From the NCBI GenBank assembly GCA_963780685.1, contig CAWACZ010000010.1, positions 128,072 to 192,071 on the forward strand: a stretch of 64,000 nt of DNA, read 5' to 3'. Positions 10,102 to 19,590 of this stretch are shown in pieces (the stretch's first letter is position 1; each line of letters begins with the position of its first letter). Below the pieces are notes generated by a model that did no database searches, was not told where the DNA came from, and was given only the letters and a program-made list of their open reading frames with translations. This DNA comes from an uncultured Acidobacteriota bacterium (GTDB lineage Bacteria; Acidobacteriota; Vicinamibacteria; Vicinamibacterales; CAVVIG01). Both the position numbers and the translations under genes were made by a program.

Positions 10102-10515
10102 CTATGCACTACTCTTTTCTCCCCGCATCAGATCCGAGGCGACCCAAATGGCGTTTCGGCCGTGATCCCGCATTTCGCGTGCTACCCCGAGCAGATCGGA
10201 CGAGCTTCGCAAGCTCGCGAGCTTGATGAGCATCGGCAGATTGACGCCCGTGATGACTTCCACGCGGTCCCTCGCCAAGAACGTCATGCCCAGGTTCGAG
10301 GGAGTGCCGCCGAACATGTCCGTCAGCACGAGCACTCCGGCTTCGCCGCTCACGCGTTCGACGGCCTGTGCGATCTCTTCCCTTGCGTCACCGACGTCGT
10401 CGTGCCACCCAATCGAAACCGCCGTGAACTTCGGCAGATCGCCGACGATCATCTCGGCCGCGTTGACCAGCTCGGTCGCCAGCTGCCCGTGCGTCACGAC
10501 AACGACGCCAATCAC
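10102..10515 (-). CDS. PTS EIIA component, mannose/fructose/sorbose family
   Basis: 137 aa with a GTG start, an N-terminal MIGVVVVTHGQLA (active-site His) and ...VLTDMFGGTPSN.... Confidence 0.85.
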   Translation of the reverse strand: MIGVVVVTHGQLATELVNAAEMIVGDLPKFTAVSIGWHDDVGDAREEIAQAVERVSGEAGVLVLTDMFGGTPSNLGMTFLARDRVEVITGVNLPMLIKLASLRSSSDLLGVAREMRDHGRNAIWVASDLMRGEKSSA

Positions 10516-10529
10516 AGTTTCCTATCGTA

Positions 10530-10609
10530 GGCCAGGTAGGTCTGGGAAGTCAGGTGGGTCAGGTAGGTTACTCACCCGGCGTACCTGACTTACCCGGCCT
10601 ACCTGACCC
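10530..10609. repeat. intergenic array of a 9-12-nt motif (GTCAGGTAGG-like), 3 direct + 2 inverted copies
   Basis: There is a perfect 12-bp inverted repeat, gggtcaggtagg (10556-10567) / cctacctgaccc (10598-10609). A perfect 9-bp inverted repeat, aagtcaggt (10547-10555) / acctgactt (10583-10591), crosses it. A further copy, ccaggtagg, lies at 10532-10540. Confidence 0.8.
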
Positions 10610-10615
10610 ATGGAT

Positions 10616-11578
10616 CTATGGCTGCACGATGTCGCGGTGCCGCACCCGCACACGCACGCCCGAATCGTCCAATGCGTGGCGGAGCCGCTCGGCAATCATG
10701 ACCGAGCGGTGTCGACCGCCCGTGCAGCCGATCGCGATAGTCAGGTAGCTCTTTCCTTCGGCGACATAAAACGGCACGACGTATCTCACATATTCCTCGA
10801 GCTTGGCGATGAATTCACGGGTCGACGCGTCGCGTTCCATGAACGCAACGACTGCGCTGTCCCGGCCCGTCCGACGACGCAGCGCCGAGACGAAGTGCGG
10901 ATTCGGCAGGCAGCGCACGTCGAAGACCAGATCGGCGTCCACCGGCACGCCGTGTTTGTAGCCGAAGCTGAGCACCGTGATCGTGAGCCGCTGCCGCGAG
11001 CGGCCTCGGGACAAACCCATGAAGAACTGTCGCAGCTCGTGAACGGTCATGTCCGACGTGTCGATGATTTCGTCGGCCAGGTCCCGGATCGCGGTCATCC
11101 TCGCGCGCTCGTCACGGATCCCTTCGGTCACCGAGCGACCCCGCCCCAGCGGGTGCGGGCGACGCGTTTCGCTGAACCGGCGGACGAGCGCCGAATTGCT
11201 GGCTTCGAGAAAGATCAGCACCGGATTCAGCCGCCGTATCGCCCGGAGTCGTCGGAAGACCTTCGGAAACTGCGAGATAAAGTTCCGCTCCCGTACGTCG
11301 GCGACGATGGCGACCTTCTCGACGCCACCGGCACGCATCGACAGCTTGGCCAGCGTCGGAATGAGGGTTGTGGGCAGGTTGTCGACGCAGAAGTACCCGA
11401 GATCTTCGAGCGCGCGAATCGCGTGTGACTTTCCGGATCCTGACAGACCCGTCAAGACGATGAACGGCGGGCCTGCAGCAGGTCGCTTGCCGGCCGGCGC
11501 GCCACGTGGTCGCGTCCGGTCCGCCGGTCGGTGCCTCCGATTCGTTCCGGGTGACCTGCGTGCTCCATCGCGTTTCAC
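10616..11578 (-). CDS. rapZ: RNase adapter protein RapZ (YhbJ)
   Basis: 320 aa with the P-loop GLSGSGKSH and the C-terminal motif IAIGCTGGRHRSV. The GTG start overlaps the hprK stop (GTGA). About 40 Arg/Pro-rich residues precede the P-loop. Confidence 0.92.
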   Translation of the reverse strand: MKRDGARRSPGTNRRHRPADRTRPRGAPAGKRPAAGPPFIVLTGLSGSGKSHAIRALEDLGYFCVDNLPTTLIPTLAKLSMRAGGVEKVAIVADVRERNFISQFPKVFRRLRAIRRLNPVLIFLEASNSALVRRFSETRRPHPLGRGRSVTEGIRDERARMTAIRDLADEIIDTSDMTVHELRQFFMGLSRGRSRQRLTITVLSFGYKHGVPVDADLVFDVRCLPNPHFVSALRRRTGRDSAVVAFMERDASTREFIAKLEEYVRYVVPFYVAEGKSYLTIAIGCTGGRHRSVMIAERLRHALDDSGVRVRVRHRDIVQP

Positions 11579-12576
11579 CGAGTGCCCCCAGGCTCGAGCT
11601 CTTCGTCCTCTTCGTCGAGCGACGGCAGGCGCGCCTGGCGCAGAGTCTCCTCCAGTCTTGCCGCGAGCTCGCGGGCCGCGTGATGGCCTCTGGACCGCAG
11701 GAGCTGATTCCGGGCGGCCACTTCGACGAGGATCGCGACGGTTCGTCCCGGCGCCACGGGCATCCGGATCAACGGCACACGCAGCCCCAGAATCTCCAAG
11801 AACTCGTCATCCAACCCGAGGCGTTCGTATTCACGCTTCGGATCCCAACGCTCCAGCTGCACGACCAGCTCGACTCGCTTGGATGACCGGGTTGAAGCAA
11901 TCCCGAAAAGGTCCTTGACGTTGATCACGCCCAGACCGCGGAGCTCCATGTGATGACGCGTGAGCTCGGGGCAGGTGCCGATCAGAATCGACTCGGCACG
12001 CCGACGAATGTCGACGGTGTCGTCGGCCACCAGCCGATGGCCTCGGACAATCAGGTCCAGCGCGCATTCACTCTTGCCGATGCCGCTCTCGCCGGTGATC
12101 AGCACCCCCAGGCCCAGAAGGTCCATGAGAACCGCGTGCATGACCGTGCGCTCCGCGAGCCAGTCCTCGAGGAAGGCCGTGAGCTTGGCAATCGCTGTCG
12201 GAGTGGCGACCGGCGTCTTGAGGAGGGGAAGATTCACGCGCTCGGCCTCGTTGACCACCTCGGCGGCAGGCGTGAATCCACCTGTAATCAGCACGCACGG
12301 GAAGTCGAGGGTCAGCGCGAGGCGCAGAGAATCGATCCGGGCCGATGTCTCGAGACCCTCGAGGTATCGGATCTCGCTCTCGCCGAAGATGAGCACCCGG
12401 CCCGGCTTCAGGTACTCGTGAAACCCGGCGAGGGCAAGCCCGGTCTTCTGAATGTAGGGGCTCGTAATGCGCCGGTCCAACCCTGCCACGCCGGCAATCA
12501 GCTCGCAGGGCAAGCCAAACGACTCGGGCAGCGAGTCGAGCAGCGCTCCGACCGTCACGCCAGTGGTAAGAGACAT
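11575..12576 (-). CDS. hprK: HPr kinase/phosphorylase
   Basis: 333 aa with Walker A GESGIGKSE, ...RGHRLVADD... and LRGLGVINV. Confidence 0.93.
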   Translation of the reverse strand: MSLTTGVTVGALLDSLPESFGLPCELIAGVAGLDRRITSPYIQKTGLALAGFHEYLKPGRVLIFGESEIRYLEGLETSARIDSLRLALTLDFPCVLITGGFTPAAEVVNEAERVNLPLLKTPVATPTAIAKLTAFLEDWLAERTVMHAVLMDLLGLGVLITGESGIGKSECALDLIVRGHRLVADDTVDIRRRAESILIGTCPELTRHHMELRGLGVINVKDLFGIASTRSSKRVELVVQLERWDPKREYERLGLDDEFLEILGLRVPLIRMPVAPGRTVAILVEVAARNQLLRSRGHHAARELAARLEETLRQARLPSLDEEDEELEPGGTR

Positions 12577-12644
12577 GTCGCGTCAGCCGATCGTCGTCAA
12601 TCCCCGCTCGCGCGCCGACCAGCCCATCGACGCCAGGCCCTCGA

Positions 12645-13208
12645 CTAGGCCTCGGTTTCCACCAGCGTCAACTCACCGTTCTGCCGGCGGTACAACACGC
12701 TGATGCCCAACCGCTCAGGATCGCGAAACACGACGAGGCCATCGTCTTGCCCATCGATGGCCCGGACCGCCTCGGGAACCGACATCGACCGAATCGCCTG
12801 CCGCAAGGTGCGGAACACGCGGGGCATCCGCAGCCGCTCGCGTCCTGCGGCCGGCGAGACGGCAGCACTTGGCTCGCGGCGTTCCACGGCGGGGACCCGG
12901 CGCACACCGCGCCGCTTCCGCCCCTGCCATTTGCCTTTCACCTTCTGCGCTTGCTGGGCGAGCTTGTCGATGGCCTGAACGAGCGAGGTCTCCCAGTCAG
13001 CCGAGCGTCCGACGCCGTGCAGGAACTTCTCGCCGCGTGCGTGCAGCGTGATCTCCGCGCACAACCGATACCGCTCGCGCGAGAGCACGGCCTGAGCGGA
13101 CACCGCGCTGTCGTTCAACAACCGTTCAATTTTGGCCAACTTGCTGTCGACGAGGCGCCGGAGCGCAGGCGTGATCTCGACGTGCCGGCCGGTGAGTTCG
13201 AGGCGCAT
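12645..13208 (-). CDS. hpf: ribosome hibernation promoting factor (long HPF / sigma-54 modulation protein family)
   Basis: 187 aa with an N-terminal RaiA/HPF fold (MRLELTGRHVEITPALRRLV..KL.K..R) plus a C-terminal extension. It sits in the canonical position downstream of rpoN. Confidence 0.9.
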   Translation of the reverse strand: MRLELTGRHVEITPALRRLVDSKLAKIERLLNDSAVSAQAVLSRERYRLCAEITLHARGEKFLHGVGRSADWETSLVQAIDKLAQQAQKVKGKWQGRKRRGVRRVPAVERREPSAAVSPAAGRERLRMPRVFRTLRQAIRSMSVPEAVRAIDGQDDGLVVFRDPERLGISVLYRRQNGELTLVETEA

Positions 13209-13313
13209 GTCTCAGCCCTCAAGTTGCTGCTCATCACGACGTCGCTCGCGAGAGTACCAAGCGACCGGCTCGGTCGCCGGCGGCCTTCGACCCACCCCAG
13301 GCGTCCTCCGTGA

Positions 13314-14745
13314 TTAGTAGAGCACTTTGCGCTGGTTCGACGTCGGAATCTTCAGCTCTTCGCGGTATTTCGCGATCGTCCGCCGAGCGAGCATCAAGCC
13401 TTCGCGCTGCAAGATGCTGACGATCTTCGAATCGCTCAACGGTTTTCGCGGATCCTCATTCTCAATGATCTTCCGAATACGCTGCTTGATCGTGACCGAT
13501 GAGACGCTCTCCCCGTACGAGCTGCTGATGCCACTGTGGAAGAAGTGACTTCATCTCGAACACACCCTGCGGAGTGTGCATGTACTTGTTCGTGACAACG
13601 CGGCTGACGGTCGATTCGTGCATCCCGATGTCGTTGGCGACATCACGTAAGACGAGCGGCCGCAGGTGCTCGATGCCGTGATCCAGGAAATCACGTTGAA
13701 AATTGATGATGCTGTTGGCGACTTTGTGGATTGTCTTCTGGCGCTGCTCGACCGATTTGATGAGCCAGAGAGCCGATCGAAACTTGTCCTTCACATAGGC
13801 GCGGGTCTCGTCGTTGTTGTCGGCCGCACTCTTGTCGAGCAGCCGGCGATAGACCGGGCTGATGCGCATCTGCGGCAGGCCATCCTCGTTCAGTACCGCG
13901 ACGTACTGATCCTCGACTTTCAGGACGTAGACGTCGGGAATGACATACTGCGACTGCGTCGGGTTGTAACGGCTCCCCGGCTTCGGATCGAGGTGGCGAA
14001 TGATCTCGATGTGTTCCTTGAGGTCGTCAATCGTCAACCCCAGTTTGCGGGCAATCTCCGGAACCTGATGGTTCTGGAGTAAACGGAGATGCTCCGCGAC
14101 AATCTTCTCGGTCGGGGTCCCTTCCAGGCCGAGATGCCGCAGCTGCAGCAGGAGACACTCTTGAAGGTCGCGGGCGGCAACCCCGGTTGGATCGAAGCCC
14201 TGGACCAGTCGAAGCGCACGTTCCACATCGTCGACGGCCCACGGGCCCATCGCCGCCAGTTCGTCGAACGACGCGACGAGATAGCCGTCGTCGTCCAGGT
14301 TGCCGACGATCGCTGACCCGATCTCGCGCATCAGCGGATCGTCGGTCTGCATCGACAGTTGCCACAGCAGATGATCGGACAGTGATCCGCTGGTCGACAG
14401 CGTGTTCTCGATCGGCGGCAGCTCCTTGATTTCCTGGGGAGCTCGCGGTCGATAACCGTCGTCCAGATAGTCGCCGAAAAAGTACTCGTAGTCCTGATCG
14501 TCCCACGTGTCGGTCTTGTTGACCTTCTCGGCTGCGTCGTTTTTCTCCGGCGCAGCGGCCGTGTCGGCAGGCTGCAGCTCTTCGGTCGGAACCTCTTCGA
14601 GCATCGGGTTCTCGACCATCTCTTGGTTCAACAGATCAGAGAGCTCCAGCGTCGACATTGGCAGCAGCTTGATCGCCTGCTGCAATGAGGGCGTGAGAAT
14701 CAGCTTCTGAACGAGCTTCGTGTGGAGTTTTTGCTGGATGCCCAT
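13314..14745 (-). pseudogene. rpoN: RNA polymerase sigma-54 factor RpoN, reading frame broken by a 1-nt insertion near 13547
   Basis: ORF 13462..14745 carries region I (LVQKLILTPSLQQAIKLLPMSTLEL) and the core-binding and HTH regions, then ends in junk (..FEMKSLLPQWHQQLVRGERL..*). Removing G13547 restores FEMKYFFHSGISSSYGESVSSVTIKQRIRKIIENEDPRKPLSDSKIVSILQREGLMLARRTIAKYREELKIPTSNQRKVLY* with the RpoN box. The stop is then at 13314. Confidence 0.9.
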
Positions 14746-14863
14746 CGAGTCATGTGCATCAGCTAAGCCGTTGTCGTAACAACAGTTGCCTGAGCCAACG
14801 CTCCGCGCAACCGTCTCGGCCTTTCGCGCAGCGCCCTAGTAGATGCAATTCCCAGGCCTTATT

Positions 14864-15589
14864 TTAGTCCAAGCGGAACTCTGCCCCCAGATAAATCCGT
14901 CGGACCTGCTCGTCCGCGGCGAGGCTGCCGGGCGTCCCGCTCTTGAAGATGCTTCCGTCGTGCACGATGTAGGCGCGGTCAGTAATGCGCAGAGTTTCAC
15001 GGACGTTGTGGTCGGTGATCAGCACGCCGATCCCCCGATCTTTCAGATGAAAGATGATTTTCTGAATATCCGTGACGGCGATCGGGTCGATTCCGGCGAA
15101 GGGCTCATCGAGCAGGATGAACTTGGGCGACACGACCAGTGCGCGTGTGATTTCGGCACGCCGCCGCTCGCCGCCCGACAGCGTATGCGCGGGCGCCTGC
15201 GCCAAAGGCGTCAGGTTGAGCTCGGCCAGCAGCTCGCGAAGACGGGTTCGACGTGCCGCGGCGCCCAGTCCCATGGTTTCCAGAATGGCCAGAAGGTTCT
15301 GTTCGACCGTCAGCCCTCGAAAGATCGAGGGTTCCTGCGGCAGGTATCCGATGCCCTTCCTGGCACGGATGTACATCGGGTCGTCGGTGACGTCGTGGCC
15401 GTCGAGAATGACGCGCCCCGAATCCGGCGCGGTGAGGCCGACGGTCATGTAGAAGGTCGTGGTCTTCCCGGCTCCATTGGGACCAAGCAGGCCGACCACC
15501 TCGCCGGACGCCACATCCAGATTGACGCCCCGGACGACGACGCGACCGCTGTAGGACTTGGTGAGACCTTCGGTCCGAAGCGTGGCCAT
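14864..15589 (-). CDS. lptB: LPS export ABC transporter ATP-binding protein LptB
   Basis: 241 aa with Walker [10 protein letters not shown], signature LSGGERRR and Walker B ILLDEP. It lies directly upstream of rpoN, as in the canonical arrangement. Confidence 0.95.
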   Translation of the reverse strand: MATLRTEGLTKSYSGRVVVRGVNLDVASGEVVGLLGPNGAGKTTTFYMTVGLTAPDSGRVILDGHDVTDDPMYIRARKGIGYLPQEPSIFRGLTVEQNLLAILETMGLGAAARRTRLRELLAELNLTPLAQAPAHTLSGGERRRAEITRALVVSPKFILLDEPFAGIDPIAVTDIQKIIFHLKDRGIGVLITDHNVRETLRITDRAYIVHDGSIFKSGTPGSLAADEQVRRIYLGAEFRLD

Positions 15590-15684
15590 CGGGCATCTAT
15601 GATTGACGATTACCGATCGACAATCTCACCGCGGGCTGATTCACAACGTGGATGATCGCCGAGCCAGATCTCGGGTCGCCGTGT

Positions 15685-17796
15685 TCACGGGCACCGGCCA
15701 CCCTTGGTCTGCGTGCGGATTTCTCCGTTGCCGTCGACGTTGATCGTATCGGTCGATTTGACGAACGTCAATCGACGGCCGACCGTTTCGCCACCACATT
15801 CGTCGCCGATCGTGACTGGCGTGCCGGTCACGACATACGTGTCGCTGGCGGCGGTGTAGGTCAGGCGGGTTCCCGTGGTTTTGCGGTTTTGCTCGCGAAG
15901 CGTCAACTTCTCGTAGGCTTCGAGCCGATCGACCTCGTCGCCCGACGGCTGGAGGTACAGCTCGATCTTCGTCGCGGTCATGTCGCCTTGCGGACCGGTC
16001 AGGTGCGCGTTGGTCGTATAGGTCGCGCGTCGCGTCGACTCTTCGTAGGCGAAGTCGTTTGACGTGCCCATTGTGCGGGAGCGCTCCTTCGTCTTCTTGT
16101 CCTTGCTGGTCTGCTCCAACAGAATGCTGGTGGCAACTGTTCCGGACGCACTGAGATCTCCGTTCTTGTTGTCGATCACGATCGTCTGCGCGTTGATGGA
16201 GGTATCGGCCTGCCACAGCTTGGCTTTGCCGGTGTAGGTGGCTCGGGACGCGGTGCCGTCGTAGTCGAGGGCGTCGCCGATGACGCTGACCGGTTGGTCC
16301 TCCTTGAGCATTGACGGCCTCTTGGGCTGAGACGTCTGATCGCTCGCGGCTAGGTCCTTCCGCGCCGGCTGGAGTGTGCTTCGGATGTCGCCCGTCGCTT
16401 TCATCTTGGGGCCTTCGAGCGTGACATCGATGCGGGTGCCATCGACGGTAAGCTCCTCGCTCGTGATGCGAGGCCGGAGCGCCACAGGCTCGCTGCCGCT
16501 CAACTCGAGCACACCTTTGTCCGGCAAGTAGCGGGCGACCGCGGCCACCGCGAAGAGACCCCGTTCGGTGGCGAAGCGGGCGTTGCGCGTAAACGTCGCC
16601 TCCTCGAACGAACTGAAGCCCGGTTTCAACGACGCTTCGAGCATCCCGGCCTTCGCCACACGATTGACGGCCGCACTCCTCTCCCGGTAGTCGACCTCCC
16701 CCGTAAATACGGCGTGGGTAAGGCCTTTCTTTGGGGCACCCCGCGCATCGAGGGTCGCGGCCTTGATGATCCGTTGCGCACCGCCGGAATCCGCCGGAAT
16801 CGTCAGCTGAACCGCGTCGCGCCCGTTCAGGGCGATGGGTGTCGAGCCGTCCGGTCCGAGGGTGAGGTCCAGCGTGTTCGCCGCGATCTGTCGGCCCTGC
16901 GCGCCCTTGTCGCCTGCGAGCTGCAGGACGGCGTTGCCGACGATCGTGGCGTGCTCGAGCGTATCGCCATCCGCCGCGTACTTCAGATCCATGTCGTGGC
17001 CAGTCAATGACTGAAGCGCACCCGGTTCTGCCTGCGTTCCGGTGATGCTCGAATTGCCATGCAGCTCGACGCGCTCGACACGCTCTTCGTCAGCGCTGAG
17101 ATGAGCCACGCCGTTGTCGGCCTGAATGACCTGCCCGAGACGCAGCGTCTTCAAACCGCGCTCGAATCGAATCGCCTTCTGACCTCGGGCGACCGTAGCG
17201 CCGCCTGCACTTACCTCGGTGGCACCGGCGCCGGCGGTTTCCGAAGCAATGCGGACCTGTGCCTGATCGAGGATCGTCAACACGTCCTGGTTCTTGTCGT
17301 AAATCATGCCGACGCCCGAGCCGGCCAGCCGCGCGCGCGAGAACTCGACGCGACCGGACGCGCGGACGTTCCCGTCACCCGTGTTGTAGGTCGCCTGCTC
17401 GGTCTGAGCGGTCAGTCCGTCGCTTGCCTGCAGCCTGACATCGCCCTTCAGGTCGACGGTTGTGTCGTTCTGACTGACGGACCCTTCCTTGCCGGTCACG
17501 GTGAAGGAACGTCCGCCTCGTTCGTCCGTGACGACTTTGACACCCATGAGCTTCGTGGAACCGTCCTGGTAGGTGAGCTGCTTCTCGTACTCGACGGCCA
17601 CGTCCGCGCGGCTGCGATTGAATCGAATGACGCGGCCGCTGGTGCTTTCGATCAGGGCGTTGGGATCGCTTCGGCCGACGGATGCAGGCGGATCGGCGCG
17701 CGGGGGGCTGCGTCTGAAGGCCAGCGCAACGACCACCGCGAATCCAACCGCCGAAATTGCGATGAACAGCCGCGCTCGCCGTTGCCATCGAGTCAT
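15685..17796 (-). CDS. LptC/LptA (OstA-like) concatenated periplasmic LPS-transport protein
   Basis: 703 aa with an N-terminal TM anchor (RARLFIAISAVGFAVVVALAF). Several OstA-type modules follow, with the recurring pattern ..A....Y......a.GnV.. (for example LQASDGLTAQTEQATYNTGDGNVRASGRVEF and YTGKAKLWQADTSINAQTIVIDNKNGDLSASGTV). It sits immediately upstream of lptB. Confidence 0.7.
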   Translation of the reverse strand: MTRWQRRARLFIAISAVGFAVVVALAFRRSPPRADPPASVGRSDPNALIESTSGRVIRFNRSRADVAVEYEKQLTYQDGSTKLMGVKVVTDERGGRSFTVTGKEGSVSQNDTTVDLKGDVRLQASDGLTAQTEQATYNTGDGNVRASGRVEFSRARLAGSGVGMIYDKNQDVLTILDQAQVRIASETAGAGATEVSAGGATVARGQKAIRFERGLKTLRLGQVIQADNGVAHLSADEERVERVELHGNSSITGTQAEPGALQSLTGHDMDLKYAADGDTLEHATIVGNAVLQLAGDKGAQGRQIAANTLDLTLGPDGSTPIALNGRDAVQLTIPADSGGAQRIIKAATLDARGAPKKGLTHAVFTGEVDYRERSAAVNRVAKAGMLEASLKPGFSSFEEATFTRNARFATERGLFAVAAVARYLPDKGVLELSGSEPVALRPRITSEELTVDGTRIDVTLEGPKMKATGDIRSTLQPARKDLAASDQTSQPKRPSMLKEDQPVSVIGDALDYDGTASRATYTGKAKLWQADTSINAQTIVIDNKNGDLSASGTVATSILLEQTSKDKKTKERSRTMGTSNDFAYEESTRRATYTTNAHLTGPQGDMTATKIELYLQPSGDEVDRLEAYEKLTLREQNRKTTGTRLTYTAASDTYVVTGTPVTIGDECGGETVGRRLTFVKSTDTINVDGNGEIRTQTKGGRCP

Positions 17797-17803
17797 GGCC
17801 AGA

Positions 17804-19519
17804 TCACTCAGAGCGCCTTACATCTGCCAGGGTGAGCTCCGTGTACGTCTCACCATTGTACTGGTTCTGCTCCAAGGAGAAGGCGACGTCGACGGCGGTC
17901 TTGTGCTCGGTCAGGTAGTCGTGATGCTCAGCAGAGCGCCAGGCCACCGCCCGGAAGATTCGACCATCTTGTTTGAGCGCCATTTTGAGGTGACGGTCTT
18001 TCAATTTCCGGGGACCGTCAACGATCTCGACGCCGCGCGCCGCAAAGACCGGACGCGGATTCCCGGCGCCAAATGGCGCGAGCGTCGCGACCCCGGCAGA
18101 CACGCCACCCGTAATCGCGCGAAAGCCGAGGTCGCCGTCGATTCGCAGCCGAGGCATGAGGTCTTCGGGTCCGAGCGTTTCATCCGCAACGGCGTTGACG
18201 GCTGCCCGTAATTCCTTGATGCGAGCGGTCTCGAGGCCGAGCCCCGCCGCCTGACGATGGCCGCCAAAGCGCAGCAGCAGGTGACTGCAACGCTCGAGCG
18301 CCGCCAGCATGTCGAATGGCGGAATACTGCGGCACGATCCGTGCGCCACGCCGTCTTCGATCGACAGCACGATCGCCGGCCGGTGAAAGGCGTCCACGAG
18401 CTTCGACGCCACGATTCCAATGACCCCCCGGTGCCAATTCTCTCCGGCCACCACGAGGACGGATCGCGCGCCAATGTCGGGATCCGTCGTGACGATCTTT
18501 TTTGCCGCGGCAACTATCGTTGCCTCTTCCTGCTGACGCCGCACGTTCTCGCTATCCAATTGCTCGGCCAGGGCCCGCGCCTCCTCGGCCATGGCCTCGT
18601 CGTTGGCCAGCAGCAGTCGCGTGGCGAGGTCGGGGGTGCTCATTCGACCGGCGGCATTGACGCGCGGCGCGAGCATGAACGCGATGTGGTAGCTGTCGAT
18701 CGACTTGCCGCTCAACCCCGCAATGTCGAGGAGCGACCGCAACCCGATCTTGTGTGGTCCCCGCGTCAGCAGGTCCAAGCCCAGCTTGGCAATGACACGA
18801 TTCTCGCCGACGAGCGGCACCACATCCGCAAGGGTTCCAATCGCCGCCACCTTGAGAAATCCCGGCAGCAAATTCTCGCGACCGGCGGTGCGGCACAACG
18901 CCTGGACCAGCTTCAACGCGACACCAACGCCGGCCAGGTACTTGTCGGGGTAAGCACAGTCGGCTCGCTTGGGGTTGATGACCGCCAGCGCATCGGGCAA
19001 CTCCGTATCCGGCTCGTGATGGTCCGTAATCACGAGATCCACGCCGAGCTCGCGCGCCCGGCGGGCCGCATCAGCACCTCGAATGCCGCAATCCACCGAG
19101 ACAATGAGCGCGACGCCGTCGGCGTGCAGCCTGTCGATGGACGCCGGCTGGAGGCCGTAGCCGTCTCGAAGGCGCTCCGGAATGAAGTGCACCACCTCGG
19201 CGCCAAGCAGTTCCAATACCCGGCGCAGGATGACGGTGGACGTGATCCCATCCACATCGTAGTCGCCATGCACCGCAATCTTCTCCCGTCGAGTGATTGC
19301 CGCGAACAATCGATCGACGGCGACGCGCATGCCAGCCAGCCTCATCGGATCGTGTAAGTGATCGAGCGACGGATTGAGGAACCGGCTCGCCAGCTCCGGG
19401 TCGCTCAGTCCGCGTTGACATAACAACCGCGCGACGGTCGGCTCGAGACCGAGTGCCGCCGCCAGAGTGGAGGACGCAATCTCGTCGCACGGTTGAAGGT
19501 CCCAACGGGGGGAAATCAT
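17804..19519 (-). CDS. recJ: single-stranded-DNA-specific exonuclease RecJ
   Basis: DHH motifs (IAVHGDYDVDGITS, DLVITDHH) and a DHHA1 region (GGHRQAAG). ATG 19519 (MISPRWDL) is preferred; the ORF-track start is 19549. Confidence 0.92.
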   Translation of the reverse strand: MISPRWDLQPCDEIASSTLAAALGLEPTVARLLCQRGLSDPELASRFLNPSLDHLHDPMRLAGMRVAVDRLFAAITRREKIAVHGDYDVDGITSTVILRRVLELLGAEVVHFIPERLRDGYGLQPASIDRLHADGVALIVSVDCGIRGADAARRARELGVDLVITDHHEPDTELPDALAVINPKRADCAYPDKYLAGVGVALKLVQALCRTAGRENLLPGFLKVAAIGTLADVVPLVGENRVIAKLGLDLLTRGPHKIGLRSLLDIAGLSGKSIDSYHIAFMLAPRVNAAGRMSTPDLATRLLLANDEAMAEEARALAEQLDSENVRRQQEEATIVAAAKKIVTTDPDIGARSVLVVAGENWHRGVIGIVASKLVDAFHRPAIVLSIEDGVAHGSCRSIPPFDMLAALERCSHLLLRFGGHRQAAGLGLETARIKELRAAVNAVADETLGPEDLMPRLRIDGDLGFRAITGGVSAGVATLAPFGAGNPRPVFAARGVEIVDGPRKLKDRHLKMALKQDGRIFRAVAWRSAEHHDYLTEHKTAVDVAFSLEQNQYNGETYTELTLADVRRSE

Positions 19520-19552
19520 GGGCGGTCCAGTGATTGCTTCTCGACCCACTTA

Positions 19553-19572
19553 CCGCGGAGGACGCTGAGCAC
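19553..19572. repeat. left arm of the inverted repeat flanking the GxxExxY gene
   Basis: ccgcggaggacgctgagcac is the reverse complement of 19992-20013 (gtgacctcggcgtcctctgcgg). The 17-nt core matches at 15/17. Confidence 0.7.
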
Positions 19573-19590
19573 GCAGAGGGTCGGTCCGTT

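Noticed and set aside
7961-10165. 734-aa + strand ORF covering ptsI and ptsH in antisense
   Set aside because: Its composition is Arg/Gly/Pro/His-rich with no recognisable motifs. The opposite strand encodes unmistakable Enzyme I and HPr. This is a typical shadow ORF in high-GC DNA.
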